Assembly (NCBI RefSeq): GCF_009914755.1
Contig: NC_060927.1
Length of the DNA stretch: 64,000 bases
Source: the human T2T-CHM13v2.0 reference genome, Homo sapiens
Reading direction: 5' to 3' (one strand)
A program made the translations under genes and the position numbers. Shown piece after piece: positions 1 to 12,046 of this stretch (positions are counted from its first letter, which is position 1; every line of letters begins with the position of its first letter). The notes under the pieces are model-generated. The model searched no databases. It was not told the origin of the DNA and saw only the letters and a program-made list of their open reading frames with translations.

Positions 1-110
1 ATTGGTGAGACTGGGGAAAACTTGATACCCACTCTGCCAGGTTTCTTTACCTGACAAAGTTAAGTGTTCATGAGTCATTTCTCTTTTTCTCTAGGTCTCT
101 CAGACCCAAG

Positions 111-727
111 TGTTACCAGTGAAGGGTGTCCAGGTTCTTGGCGCTTTGAACAAAGAATTGGACAAAACTCACAAACAAAGCAAGAAAAGAAAGAAGCAAC
201 AAAAGCAGAGATGTATTGAAAATGAAAACACACTCCACAGGGTGGGAGCAGGCCGAGCAAGCAGCTCAAGGGCCCAGTTACAGAACTTTCTGGGGTTTAA
301 ATACCCTTTAGAAGTTTCCATTGGTTACTTGGTGTACACCCTATGTATATGAAGTAGTGGCCTGTGATCAGTCTGATTGGTTGGAAGGGACCAATCAGAA
401 TGCAAACGTCTGATTAGTTGTGGAAAGTGACCAATTAGAGGCTGAAGTGAAGTTACAAAGTAATACTCCCACGCAAATGAAGACTTGGCCCACAACCAAC
501 CTGATTGGTTGTGAGAGGGGACCAATCAGAGGGACTTTCAGTTTTTCACCTGCAATGCAGAAAAAGGGTGGCAGGTGAGGGGTGTTGCAAAGGGAGTAGC
601 CTCTGGTCCTTTTGTTACTTGGGCACTTGGGCGTGGAAAGTGGGGGTTTTCCTTTTGATTTAGTTCTAGGAAGTCAGCGTGAATTGGCCTTACATTCCCT
701 GCCTCCAGACCCTATTCTCCTGCCTCA
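111..727 (-). mobile_element. ERV1 solo LTR, MER51A/B family
   Basis: Minus strand reads TGAGGCAGGAGAATAGGGTCTGGAGGCAGGG...GGTAACA (TG..CA). 4-bp TSD CAAG at 107-110 and 728-731. Internal repeated CCAAT units. Confidence 0.85.
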
Positions 728-1183
728 CAAGTGCTCCTAGGAGCTGTACATGCCTGTCTTTGTCCCCATGTAGTCAGCTCGTTACAGGTGGGTCCTGCTG
801 GGTCTTTCGTTCTTGCTTCTCTGCTTCAAGATGGCTAATAAGTCCTGGTCCAGTGAGTCCCCAGTGCAGACATAGAGCAGAAGGGAAGTGGGTCCAGTTG
901 CATTTCCTGCAGTTTAATAAAGAACCCTGTGCTCTCTGGCCCATTACCTAAAGCTGATATTGTGCTTGGAACGTGTAGTGTTATCCAATCCAGCTTTACC
1001 ACTGCTAAAGCTGATACCACGCTTTGATCCTCTGCTTGCTCATTTTGCCAAGTTCTTAACTGCGTGGAACTGGAAGGTGAGGGCTGGATGATTGATTTTT
1101 CACCCTGCCCCCAAACTCCAACAACCGAAACCAAGGGTTCTTGAAGAGAGAGGGGCAGGGCAGCAACAGGGAGACTGAAACTT

Positions 1184-1211
1184 GGGGTGGGGGGGGGGGG
1201 GGGGGGGGGGG
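1184..1211 (+). repeat. Poly-G tract (GGGGT followed by G23), G-quadruplex-capable
   Basis: Uninterrupted G from 1189 to 1211. Confidence 0.95.
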
Positions 1212-1900
1212 CGGACGGAATGTTTTTGAAGTGTGTGTTTGCCTAAGGTGTGTGTAGAAAGGTAGCTACTTTTCAGTCTCTGCCTGCCTTTAATCCATTA
1301 CAATGTCCTAATTAAAAACATTTAAAAAGCTACATTGGAAAATGATCCCTGAGGCTAGAATGCTGTTGGCACAGTGAAAAAGACGCAATCAATAAGTAAA
1401 CAGGCAATGTCAGCCCGGAGAGCTTTCAGAACAACATGCCTACTCGGGGGAAAAAAAATTACAAGTCGCTTTAGCCTATTTAAATATTTTCCAAGATCTT
1501 TGTTAAATTTCAGGTAATAATATTTCTTCCTTTGAACAAGCGTTGTATGTTTGCCTTTGACTGAGAATGGCCTAGGCTAGAGACCATTTGGTATTCAACT
1601 TGTGACTATTTTAGTATGGGGCTGGACCCCAAAAATTCATGCTCAATGAAATGATTTTCACTTACTGAGATGAATTTACTTTTTGCTTCCTTCAGCAATT
1701 CATCAATCTAATGGAAGAAAGAGTAGCTCTCATCATAATGAGAATAGACTTCTAGGAGTATGAGTCAATGTCAATACTTTATTTAATAATGCAAATTCTA
1801 TTACTATATATTTGGTCTCAATCCAAATTTGCTTTAAATTGAGTTTCCTTGCCATTGCACACTCCTATCTTTCTGAACACACACCCCCCCACACACACAC

Positions 1901-2253
1901 CATACACACTTGTTTCATTGCGCTTCATTTTATTGCACTTCTCGAAGAATGTGTTTTTTACAAATTGAAGATTTGTGGCAACTTTTCATCGAGTGAGTCT
2001 ATTGGCATCATTTTTGCAAGAGCATATGCTCACTTCCTGCCTCTGTGACAGCATTTTTTAGCAATAACATATTTTTAATGAAGGTATGTACATTGTTTTT
2101 TAGACATAATGCTATTGCACACTTGACTAAAATGTAGCCTAAGTATAATTTTTATATGCCATGGGAAACTAAAAAAAGTGACTTACTTTATTGTAATATT
2201 TGCTTTATTACTTTGGTCTGGAACTGCCTCACACTATCTCTGAAGTATGCATG
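1901..2253 (+). mobile_element. Tigger1 internal-deletion derivative (both ends retained)
   Basis: 5' end TTTCATTGCGCTTCATTTTATTGCAC...TTTTTTACAAATTGAAG joined to 3' end GACATAATGCTATTGCACAC...ATCTCTGAAGTATGCATG, followed by TA. Confidence 0.8.
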
Positions 2254-2563
2254 TATAGCTTTTCATAACACAGATATCACATTTGACCAGATCCTATTGT
2301 TACTGAACAATGTTGATGCTAACATTGATGATATCAATCACTATTACTGGAATCATTATCAACATATCAATAAATATTTTTAGAACATTTTGAAATTGTC
2401 AGCTGGGTTTTGGTTAAATACTTCTTGTCTGATATATTATATCCCAAAACAATAACAGTAGCTGAAAATACCAGAGAAGATATACTTTTTAAAGTAACAT
2501 ATTGTCATAACGTATAAGTATCAAAATTTCATACTGCAGCATGACTGACATAAAGAACACTTT

Positions 2564-2883
2564 GTTGTTGTTGTTGTTGTTTTGTTTGTTTGTTTGTTTT
2601 GAGATGGAGTCTCGCTCTGTCACCAAGGCTGGAGTGCAGTGGCACAATCTGGCTCACTGCAACCTCCACCTCTCTGGTTCAAGCAATTCCCCTGCCTCAG
2701 CCTCCAGAGTAGCTGGGATTACAGGCGCATGCCACCACGCCTGCCTAACTTTTCTGTATTTTTAGTAGAGATGGGGTTTCACCATGTTGGCCAGACTGGG
2801 CTCGAACTCCTGACCTCAGGCAATCCGCCCATTTTGGCCTCCCAAAGTGCTAGGATTACAAGTGTGAGGCACCACGCCCAGCC
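2564..2883 (-). mobile_element. AluS element
   Basis: Dimeric Alu with tail converted to (TTG)n/(TTTG)n. TSD agaacacttt on both sides. Confidence 0.95.
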
Positions 2884-2944
2884 ACAGAACACTTTTAAAC
2901 CACTGAACTGATAAAGGGGCTATAAAACTCTTCTATTTCATTCT

Positions 2945-3234
2945 TTTTTTTTTGAGACAGAGTCTTGCTCTGTCATCCAGGCTGGAGTGCAGGGTGGCAA
3001 TCTCAGCTCACTGCAACCTCTGTATTCCAGGTTCAAGCAATACTTGTGCCTCAGCCTCCTGAGTAGCTGGGATTACAGGTGTACGCCACCAAGCTCAGCT
3101 AATTTTTGTTCTTTTAGTAGAGACGGAGGTTTTGCCATGTTGGCCAGGCTGGTCTCGAACTCCAGACCTCAAGTAATCTGCCTGCCTTGGCCTCGTAAGT
3201 GCTGGGATTTCAGGCATGAGTGACTGCACCTGGT
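2945..3234 (-). mobile_element. Alu element (S/J age)
   Basis: Dimeric Alu. TSD tatttcattcttt on both sides. Confidence 0.95.
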
Positions 3235-3398
3235 CTATTTCATTCTTTATAAGCAGAAAACTCTAAATACTTCTAGGATAGGTGGTTCTGAGCAGTAGGC
3301 ATCTATGTATTTAAGAATATTATGGAATCTTCTGGTTTCTCCAATCCTGTCCACCTATCTTCATTAGGATGTCCCGGGCGTCTCATGTGTTAGCAGTG

Positions 3399-3815
3399 CC
3401 GTTGACCCTTGAACAACACAGGTTTCAACTGCACTGGTCCACTTATACATGGGTTTTCTTTTGCCTCTGCTATTCCTGCTAAACAAACCCCCTCCTCTTC
3501 CGCCTACTCAACATGAAGATGATGAGAATGAAGACCTTGATGACTGATCCACTTCCACTTAATGAATAATAACTATATTTGTTGTAATTTTCTTAATAAC
3601 ATTCTTTTTCTAGCTTACTTCATTGTAAGAACACAGTATATAATACATATAATATACAGAATATGTGTTAACTGACTGTTAATGTTATTGGCAAGGCTTT
3701 GGGCCATCAGTGGGGTATTAGTAGTTAAGTTCTTGAGGATCAAAAGTTATACTTGGATTTTCAACTGCATGAGGGGTTGGTGCCCCTAACCTCCACATTG
3801 TTCAAGGGTCAACTG
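3399..3815 (+). mobile_element. Tigger2a (MER28-type) non-autonomous DNA transposon
   Basis: TIRs C(C)GTTGACCCTTGAACAA ... TTGTTCAAGGGTCAACTG followed by TA. Internal sequence is shared with the ends of the long element at 48067-50883. Confidence 0.85.
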
Positions 3816-4927
3816 TAATTTCCCAGCTCCTGTTTCTCTGGTTTCTGACCTGCTACTGACCTGCTTCCAGCTTGGCTTTGTAGTCTCCTACTTCATATCC
3901 TCCTTTATTCCTTGAACCAGGCCTTTGACTTTGGGATCCCTTCAAGAACACTTGGCTCCTTCCCTCCTGGCTACACATACACATTGTTAGGAGGGATAAG
4001 CACCCTAGCAGGCTCTAGATGCAGCTGCTGTCCTAGTTTCTCTTGTGGGTGGATTTGGGACAGCAGGGATTCAGACCATAATGTGGTTGTTCCTCATCCT
4101 TCTTTACCTAACTATTAAGCATTGGATTTCTTCAAGGCTTAGTCCTAGGGAAGCCTACTTACTAACCCTGTACGCTCTCTGAAAGAAGAAAAATCTACAC
4201 TTATCGAGTAGTTAATTGAGTGGTTACTAAATACTGAGAACTATGCTAAAAGTTTCAAATGCAAGAAGCCATTTTAATACTCCCAACAGCATTATAAGGT
4301 AAGGAATAGTATATTCTCTGTTTTTAAATATATGGGAAATTCAGAGTATTTGAGTAATTTCTTCATGGTTGCACAGCTAGGAAGTAGCAGAGCTGGGCTG
4401 CAAACTGAGATGGCTTCATTCTAGGACTCCTGCTCTGAACCACTACCCTATATTGGCATTGGTTTCTATGGAAATCTTTAAGTTATCTCGTCCACACTTT
4501 TGAGTTCAATTGCCATCAAAGCATTGATGACTCCCAAACTTCAGTTGCCTACTCAACATCTCCATTTGAATGTCTCAAGAACACTTCAAACTAACCGCAT
4601 TGAAAAGTGAACTCAGGTACCCCAACCCCTTCAAACCCAATCTTCTTACGTGTTTTCTTCATCAGTGAAAGGAAATCATCTTCCATTAGTGGGATGAGCC
4701 AGATACCTCGGTGTCATCACTGGCTCATCACTCTGCTTCAGTTCTGTACCCAACCCATTATTAAGTCCAGTGATTAACACCTCTGAAATGTGTTTCAAAG
4801 CAGTCCTCTTCTCTCTGTCTTCGCAGCAACCACCTTTGTCCAAGACACATTATCTTTCATCCAATCTAGTGGATAACGCTGTGCTAGTTAGGGTTCTTCA
4901 GAGAAACAGGAACAATAGGCTATATAG

Positions 4928-5567
4928 ACAGTCCTTGACTTTGGGTGGTTCAACTTAAGACTTTTTGACCTTACAATGGTGTGAACCTGTCTCAGTTTTG
5001 ACATAATATAGTACAGTATTCAATAAATGACATGAGATGTACAACACCTTATTATAAAACAGGCTTTTTGTGGCTGGGCGTGGTAGCTTCACCTGTAATC
5101 CCAGCACTTTGGGAGGCCGAGGCGGGTGGATCACAAGGTCAGGAGATCAAGACCATCCTGGCTAACATGGTGAAACCCCGTCTCTACTAAAAACACCAAA
5201 AATTAGCCAGGCATGGTGGTGGGCGCCTGTAGTCCCAGCTACTCAGAAGGCTGAGGCAGGAGAATGGCGTGAACATGGGAGGCGGAGGTTGCAGTGAGCC
5301 GAGACCACGCCATTGCACTCCAGCCAGGGCAACAGTGCGAGACTCCGTCACAAAAAAAAAAAAAAAAAAAAACAGGCTTTCTGTTTGATGTAGCCTACAG
5401 CCTCAACTGTAGGCTAATGTAAATGTTCTGAGCATGTTTAAGGTAGCCTGGGCTAAGCTATGATGTTTGAGAGGCTATGTGTATTAAATGCATTTTCAAC
5501 TTACAATATTTTCAATTTACAAAGGTTTATGGGAACATGACCTCATCATAACCTGAGGATCCTCTCT
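4928..5567 (-). mobile_element. MER47A (Tigger5-derived) interrupted by an Alu
   Basis: Reverse complement of the copy at 37188-37548 (GGCTAAGCTATGATGTT, TGTATTAAATGCATTTTC). Inserted in the (TA)n of the MLT2 LTR. Confidence 0.85.
5072..5368 (+). mobile_element. AluY/Sc element
   Basis: Dimeric Alu with GAGATCAAGACCATCCTGGCTAAC and an A tail. 16-bp TSD aaaacaggcttt(t/c)tgt. Confidence 0.95.
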
Positions 5568-6669
5568 ATATATAGATGTATAAAAAGAGATTTATGAGGG
5601 ATTGGCTCATGTGATTGCGGAGGCTAAGTCCCACAGTCTGAAATCTGCAAGCTGGAGGCCCAAGTCAGCCAGTGGCCAAAAGGCCTGAGAACCAGGCCAA
5701 TGGTTTAAGTCCCAGTCTGAATCTGAAGGCCCAATAACTGGGAGCACCAATTTATGAGGACAGGAAAAGATGGATGTTACAACTCAAGCAGAGAGAGTGA
5801 ATTTGTTTTTTCTCTGCCTTTTTGTTCTAATGGGGATCTCAAAAAATTAGATGATGCCCATCTATGTTGGTGAGGTGATCTTCTTTATTCAGTCTACCCA
5901 CTTAAATGATCTTTTCTTTTGGAAATGCCCTCAAAGATACACCAAGAAATAATGTTTTCCCAGCTATCTGGACAGCTTTTAGCTGAGACAAAGTGACACA
6001 TAAAATTAACCATCACAATACCTGGCTGGTCTCCTCCTACACAGCCTTGTTCCTCTTCATCTGCTCTTTACACGTAGTCTAAGTGATCTTTTCAAGATGC
6101 AAATCTGACTATATCAACTCCTGCTTCAACTCTTTAATGATTCTCATTGTTCTTAGAGAACAACCTGCTTAGCATGAGACCTTGCAAAGTCTGGCCTCTG
6201 CCTGGAACTCCAAACCCATCCAAATCTGTTCTCGCTTGCTCTGCGCTCAGGCACAGTTGCCTTCTGTCATTTGGACCTCTTCAAACCACTGCAGAACCTT
6301 TGCACATGCTATTGCCCCCACTGTTTGGAAGGCTCTCTACCCCTGAGTTGGGTTAACTTTCACTAATTCTTCAGTTTTTAGATCATATATCAATTCTTTA
6401 TGGACATCTTTCCTGGCCCCCTCCCAGACCGGGTTAGGTTTTCCTGTCATATACCCTTACAACACCATGAACCTCACTGTCATAAAACCTAGTACAGTTT
6501 ATAATTATGCTTTTATTTATGTGATTATGCAATGGCTGTCTTCTCCAATGGAATATAAACCCCATATGGGCAGGGACCAGGTCAATGTCAGCTGAGCAGT
6601 ATATACCCTGTAGGCATTGGATAAATATTCATTGAATGTATTACTTTAAAAACACAACAAAGTTAATTT

Positions 6670-6972
6670 AATTTAATTTTTTTGAGACAGGGTCTCACCC
6701 TGTCACCAGCACTCAAGTGCAGTGACATGATCATAGCTCACTGCAACCTTGAACTCCTGGGCTCAAGCAATCCTTCCACCTCCACCTCCCGAATAGCTGG
6801 GACTACAGGCATGCCCTACCATGCCTGGCTAATTTTTTTTAAATTTATTTTTTTGTAGATACGGCATCTCACTATGTTGCGCAGGCTGGACTCAAACTCC
6901 TGGCCTCAAGTGATCTTCCTGCCTCAGCCTCCCAAAGTGCTGGGATTACAGAAGTGAGTCACTGTGCCTGGC
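6670..6972 (-). mobile_element. AluJ element
   Basis: J-type sequence (GATCATAGCTCACTGCAACCTTGAACTCCTGGGCTCAAG). TSD agttaattt. Confidence 0.93.
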
Positions 6973-7091
6973 AGTTAATTTTAAATATAACAGATTAAAG
7001 AGTAAAAACTAAATCTATGGTGAATGATAGATCATATACTAAATTTTAAGTCAATTAAAATGTTTCTCCATTCTTCTGTTGTGAACTTCTT

Positions 7092-7392
<301 letters not shown>

Positions 7393-8062
7393 GTGAACTT
7401 CTTAACATACTCTGAATATCTCATTGTATAATCCTTTTAATTTTCTCAGTGGCATGTGACAGAAGAACATGATCTGGTCTTTCCCTTCCCTGGGTCCTGA
7501 GACTTGTCCCCACTCTGATGTTTGGAGGGAGAGCAGGCTGCCCCAGGACACTGGCTGGCTGCCCGCTTTCCATCACACTCAGGACACTTCCCTGCATCTC
7601 CACCTTCTGGGGTTCCCAGCTTCCTGCCTTGATGTCAGAACCTACTTGACTGGGGCAACTCCTCAAACTCTTTTTTTTTTTTTTTCAATTTTGTGTTCCT
7701 ATAGGTTCAGCAGAAGTCGGGAGCTGGGGGTTGGTGGGGGCAAAGGGATGGTGGTGCTAATACCGATGGCTGGACTAATTCTTGGGTCCTGGCAGTAGGA
7801 GAATTTGTGAAGCACTGACCTGAAATCCAAACTGTCTAGAAGAAAGGACAGGAAATGATTGGATTTGCATGGAAGAATGAGATGCTGGTAGGAATCACTA
7901 TTTTCAGTGTGTTTCAGGGGAAATGATTAAGTGCTAGGCCTACCAACTCTCATACTCTGAGACTAGCCCAGAAATCTGCATTTTAATATGCAGCCCAAGT
8001 AATTCTGAGGCATTTGGTCCCTGTTTTGCAGTTTGAAAAAATACTGGCATTCAGATACCTTT

Positions 8063-8306
8063 GTCTGGGCATGGTGGCTCACACTGGTAATCCCAGCATT
8101 CTGGGAGGCTGAGGCAGGTGGATCGCTTGAGCCCAGGAATTTGAGACCAGCCTGGGCAACACGGTGAAACCCTGTCTCTATGAGAAATACAAAAAATTTA
8201 GCCCGGTGTGGTGGTGTGCACCTGTAGTCTCAGCTACTCGCCACAGCACTCCAGCCTGGATGACAGAGCAAGACCTTGTCTCAAAAAAAGAAAAAAAAAA
8301 AAAGAG
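8063..8306 (+). mobile_element. AluJ with internal deletion in the right arm
   Basis: CAGCTACTCG is joined directly to CCACAGCACTCCAGCC at 8240/8241. TSD agataccttt. Confidence 0.9.
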
Positions 8307-9384
8307 AGATACCTTTTATTCAAAACAACATTAACCCTTATTCTTAAAACAAAAAAGCCCTACTATATTCTCATTTCTAATGACTTGCTTGGAACAACAT
8401 ACACAGATACCATCACAGGGGCTGATCCACAGTTCCCTTCCATTACAGTATCATTACAGTACAGTAATGGGTATCATTGTATTTTTGTGCTAAGAAGTAT
8501 ACAGGAGCAATTACCTGTTTTTCTTTGTGAGTCTCAAGAACACCTGCAGACTAACACCTGGTGTTCTCTGTAACAGGTGTATGCTAGAGATAGCAATGGT
8601 AAAAGAATTATATGATGTTAGCCTACATTATAATTTGCAGACTGTCTCTTCTGCCAAGTGGGTCAGTTGCGATGGAGACCACAATTTTAGCAGATGTGTA
8701 TTAATGATTAAGGGAAGCATAACAATTTAAGAGTATAAGAATATGGAAGTAATGGGAAAGGCAATTTTCAACAGTCCAGGAAATTCATTTTCTTCCTTTC
8801 CCTCTATAAGTTTTCATCCCCTGCACTACTTATCCACAAAGCTTTACCTCCTCCCAAAGACTTTCTGAAGGAGATGAAATTAAGAAAGTTGTTTGAACAA
8901 GGAAAGCAGTTGCATAAATGATGGAGACACATCAGAGTTGGAAGGACCTCAGATAATCTCGTTCAAACTCTCCATTATATAATGAGGAAATGAAGGCCCA
9001 GGGATATTATGTGACTAAGCCAGGAGATAGGCAACATTATCTTTTATTCTGTTTGGAACCCAAAGCAAGACTGGAGTCCAGGTGTCAGATATACTTCATT
9101 ATTCTTTCCACAGTACCACAACACATTAACTCAAAGAGCTCTAGGTAAGGGAAATGGTCAATGATATTCTCTCTACTACGATGGAAGTTGTATAACAACA
9201 GACACCTTGCCTATCTGGTTCTCCACTGTCACCTTAGCATTTAAAATAGGGCTATGCACACTTTTAGTGCTTAATAAGTCTTAAGAAGGCCTGTGCAGCT
9301 TCCACTTTTGTGCTTCTGAGAAACTTGAACTGCTTGTAAGTTCTCTCTCTGATGGAGAGTCCATGTAGAGACCACATGGAGAGG

Positions 9385-9825
9385 TGCACTGAGCTGAATA
9401 GTGTCCCTCCAAAATTCATGCTCACCCAGAACCTGTGAATGTGCCCTTATTTGAAAACACGGTCTTTACTGATATAATCAAGTTAAAATGAAAGCATACT
9501 GGTTTAGATAAAACCTAAATCCAGTGGCTGGTGTCCTTATGACCTGGCTATCTGAAGACACAGACACACAGAGAGAAGGCCATGTGATGACAGCAACAGA
9601 GATTGAAGTAATATAGCTGTGAGCCAGGAACATCAAGGATTGTCAACAACCACCTAAAAAGAGGCAAGTGGGGATTCTTCTCTAGAACCTTCAGAAGTAG
9701 CATGGCCCTTCTGATACCTTGACTTTAGACTCCTAGCCCCCAGAACTGTGAGAGAACAAATATCTGTTGTTTTAAGTCACCCAGTTTGTGGCATTTTGCT
9801 ATGGCAACCCTAGGAAACTTATCCA
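9385..9825 (+). mobile_element. MLT1C-type MaLR LTR nested in an older MLT1G/H-type LTR (~9280-10232)
   Basis: GCTGAATAGTGTCCCTCCAAAATTCATG...CCAGAACTGTGAGAGAACAAAT...GCAACCCTAGGAAACT. Flanks carry GAGACCACATGGAGAG and GAAGAACCACCCTGCGGAGCCCAGCC motifs of older MLT1. Confidence 0.8.
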
Positions 9826-10234
9826 AGAGAAGAAGGGAGGAAGACTAGCTATCCCAGCATTCTGGTTAACCTTTCAGTTGACTCTAGCACTAGCTTCTGT
9901 CTGACTACAACCATATGTGCTTGGTAAGTCTTGATATGTGAGACCTCACAGAGGCAAACTAAACTCTCAAGGACTGAGGGAATTCCAGTATGCAGAACTT
10001 TCAAGGGGGCCTCAGATACATGAGTGTGCTGGCATGAGACATCTTAGACATTCTAGCCCGGAGAGCCCCCAGATGACTGCAGTCACACCTATCATCATGT
10101 GAAATAGAAGAACCACCCTGCGGAGCCCAGCCGACCCACCAATTGTGATGTCAATTATTGTGAGAAATAATTAAAAAGTTGTTTTGATCACTATATTTCG
10201 CAGTTGTTTATCACACAGCAATAGATTACCAAGC

Positions 10235-10863
10235 CATTTGGGGTCTCCAGAAGCAGCTTCTGAGATAAGGAAGTGATTTGTTACGACCTGTCCCCAGGGA
10301 AAACCAGAAGCATCATGGAGTATTGGGACAATAAAGTGAAGCAAACCAAACAGGTGTGTTATCAAGCAAAGTTCTGGGGAGGGTAACTTTGATTTAATCC
10401 TACAGGGAGTTTTGGAGACAGTGTAAGTCATAACTCAGCATTACCCAATCAGGTCAAAGGCACTAGAGTACCTAAACTCCTTTAACTGTCAGTCATTGGT
10501 TAAGGGCTATGTCAGGGATACAAAAACTCGCAGTCACTTCAGAGAAGTGTATCCCTGGGGAACAGTCCCCATGACCCACTCACTGGGGGAGAAAACACAG
10601 GGGCATTTGGCAGCCTAAGGGAAGTCCTCCAACAAGGAGACACAGGTGCCAGTCTTTGGGAGTGAAGGCACACCCAGAGGCAGTCTGTGTGACAACGGTA
10701 AGCTTGGGTGACCAATTTGTTCTGGTTTCCCTAGGACTGTCCATGTTTAAAACAGAAAGTTCTGCATCCTGGAACTTCCCTCAGTCCTGAGCAAACTGAA
10801 CAGTTGGCCACTCTAGAAATGGATCCCAGGGGTCACAGGCACATCCTGATAGTATCTTCTACA
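10235..10863 (-). mobile_element. LTR16-family ERVL LTR interrupted by MER81
   Basis: CTGTCAGTCATTGGTTAAGGGCT and GTGTGTTATCAAGCAAAGTT motifs. Ends TATCTTCTACA. Confidence 0.6.
10704..10815. mobile_element. MER81 (hAT-Blackjack MITE)
   Basis: About 112 bp with TIRs TTGGGTGACCAA ... TTGGCCACTCTA and internal GGTTTCCCTAGGAC / GTCCTGAGCAAAC symmetry. Confidence 0.75.
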
Positions 10864-11568
10864 GCGAATGCATGAATATCTCCAAACTAGAGTAAGTGGG
10901 GACCACAGGATCCTCCAGAGGCGGGTCTGTGAGAGGCCAAGGATGTGGGAGGTTAACAAGCAGGCAATAACTCTTTTAATGATAAGAGCCTATGATCTGT
11001 GACAGGGATAAGCAGTTTCACACTGTGTCAAACACTGCAGCAGAGCTAAGGATGATCTGAGTGGGGAAATGTCCTTTTAGTTTGGCAATTAGAGGCATGG
11101 GTGAGAAAAGAGGCATGTTGGTGCTACTAGGAGCTGGGCTGGAATAGGAATCTCAACAGTGGACACATGGACACAGCATCATTCTCAGACAAGGATATAA
11201 AGGGAGTCAGAGCTGAGCTGAAAACTGGGGCTAGAGGAAGGATGGGGGACAGGAAGAGGTGAATTTATTGTTAGGATTTTGAAATAATTTTCTGTGCTTC
11301 AAAAGTATCATTTTTGGATGTTTTCTGAGAGAAAGGAGTTCATGGATAAAAATGTAGGTAAAAGGTAGTCCTGGGGTAGTGAGGCTGGCGGCTTTTGTAG
11401 AAGGAAGAAATGGAGTCCTAGTCACCTCAATTACAAACAAAGATGGTTTCATTTACATTAAAGTTTATGTAACTAACAGTATGGAAATTATGAATTTGTT
11501 AGCAGGAATCAGAACTCTTCTGTGAGAGAAGACAAAGGTAACAGGGAGTTTTCATTAAGGTTTATAGG

Positions 11569-12046
11569 TGTATTAGTCAGGGTTCTCTTAAAGGGACAGA
11601 ACTAATAGGATATATATATTTATTTCGTATCCCTGGCACAGCCCTTTGTATATCTTTATGTAAAGCGGAGTTTATTAAGTATTAGCTTACACGATCACAA
11701 GGCCCTACAATAGGCTGTCTGCAAGCTGAGGAGCAAGGAGAACCAGTCTGAGTCCCCAAACTGAAGAACTTGGAGTCCAATGCTCGAGGGCAGGAAGCAT
11801 CCAGCACAGGAGAAAGATGTAGGCTGGGAGGCTAGCCCAGTCTCACCTCTTCACGTTTTTCTGCCTGCTTTATATTTGCTGGTGACTGATTAGATGGTGC
11901 CCACCCAATTAAGGGTGTATCTGCCTTCCCCAGCCCACTGACTCAAATGTTAATCTGTTTTGGTCAATACCCTCACAGACACACCCAGGATTAATACTTT
12001 GTATCCCTAAATCCAATCAAACTGACACTCAGTATTAACCATCACA
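11569..12046 (-). mobile_element. MLT2A1/A2 (HERVL) solo LTR
   Basis: TGTATTAGTCAGGGTTCTC...GACACTCAGTATTAACCATCACA with perfect 5-bp TSD ATAGG (11564-11568, 12047-12051). Confidence 0.9.

Larger units (their letters stand above)
95..2390 (+). ncRNA. Candidate terminal exon of a + strand lncRNA (position fits LINC01215 between CD47 and IFT57)
   Basis: Strong 3' splice site tcatttctctttttctctag|G at 94/95 and AATAAA at 2369-2374. No credible ORF. Identity is inferred from recalled gene order, not recognised from sequence. Confidence 0.4.
4880..6017 (-). mobile_element. MLT2B-type ERVL LTR interrupted by MER47A
   Basis: Begins TGTGCTAGTTAGGGTTCTTCAGAGAAACAG, resumes at ~5568 and ends AAAATTAACCATCACA. 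Confidence 0.85.
4090..6640 (+). mobile_element. L2 3' portion, fragmented by MIR (~4210-4450), MLT2, MER47A and Alu insertions
   Basis: L2-typical motifs GATGACTCCCAAA, TGCCTACTCAACATCTCCATTTG, GTGATCTTTTCAAGATGCAAATCTGA, CAGGGACCAGGTC and a terminal ATAAATATTCATTGAATG. Confidence 0.7.

Noticed and set aside
375-531. Spaced palindromic repeats that superficially resemble a CRISPR-like array
   Set aside because: Degenerate CCAAT units native to the MER51 LTR. The sequence is human and there are no cas genes.
2541-3223. Overlapping ORFs of 74-90 aa (similar ones at 7024, 54595, 62112, 62209)
   Set aside because: Translations of antisense Alu sequence.
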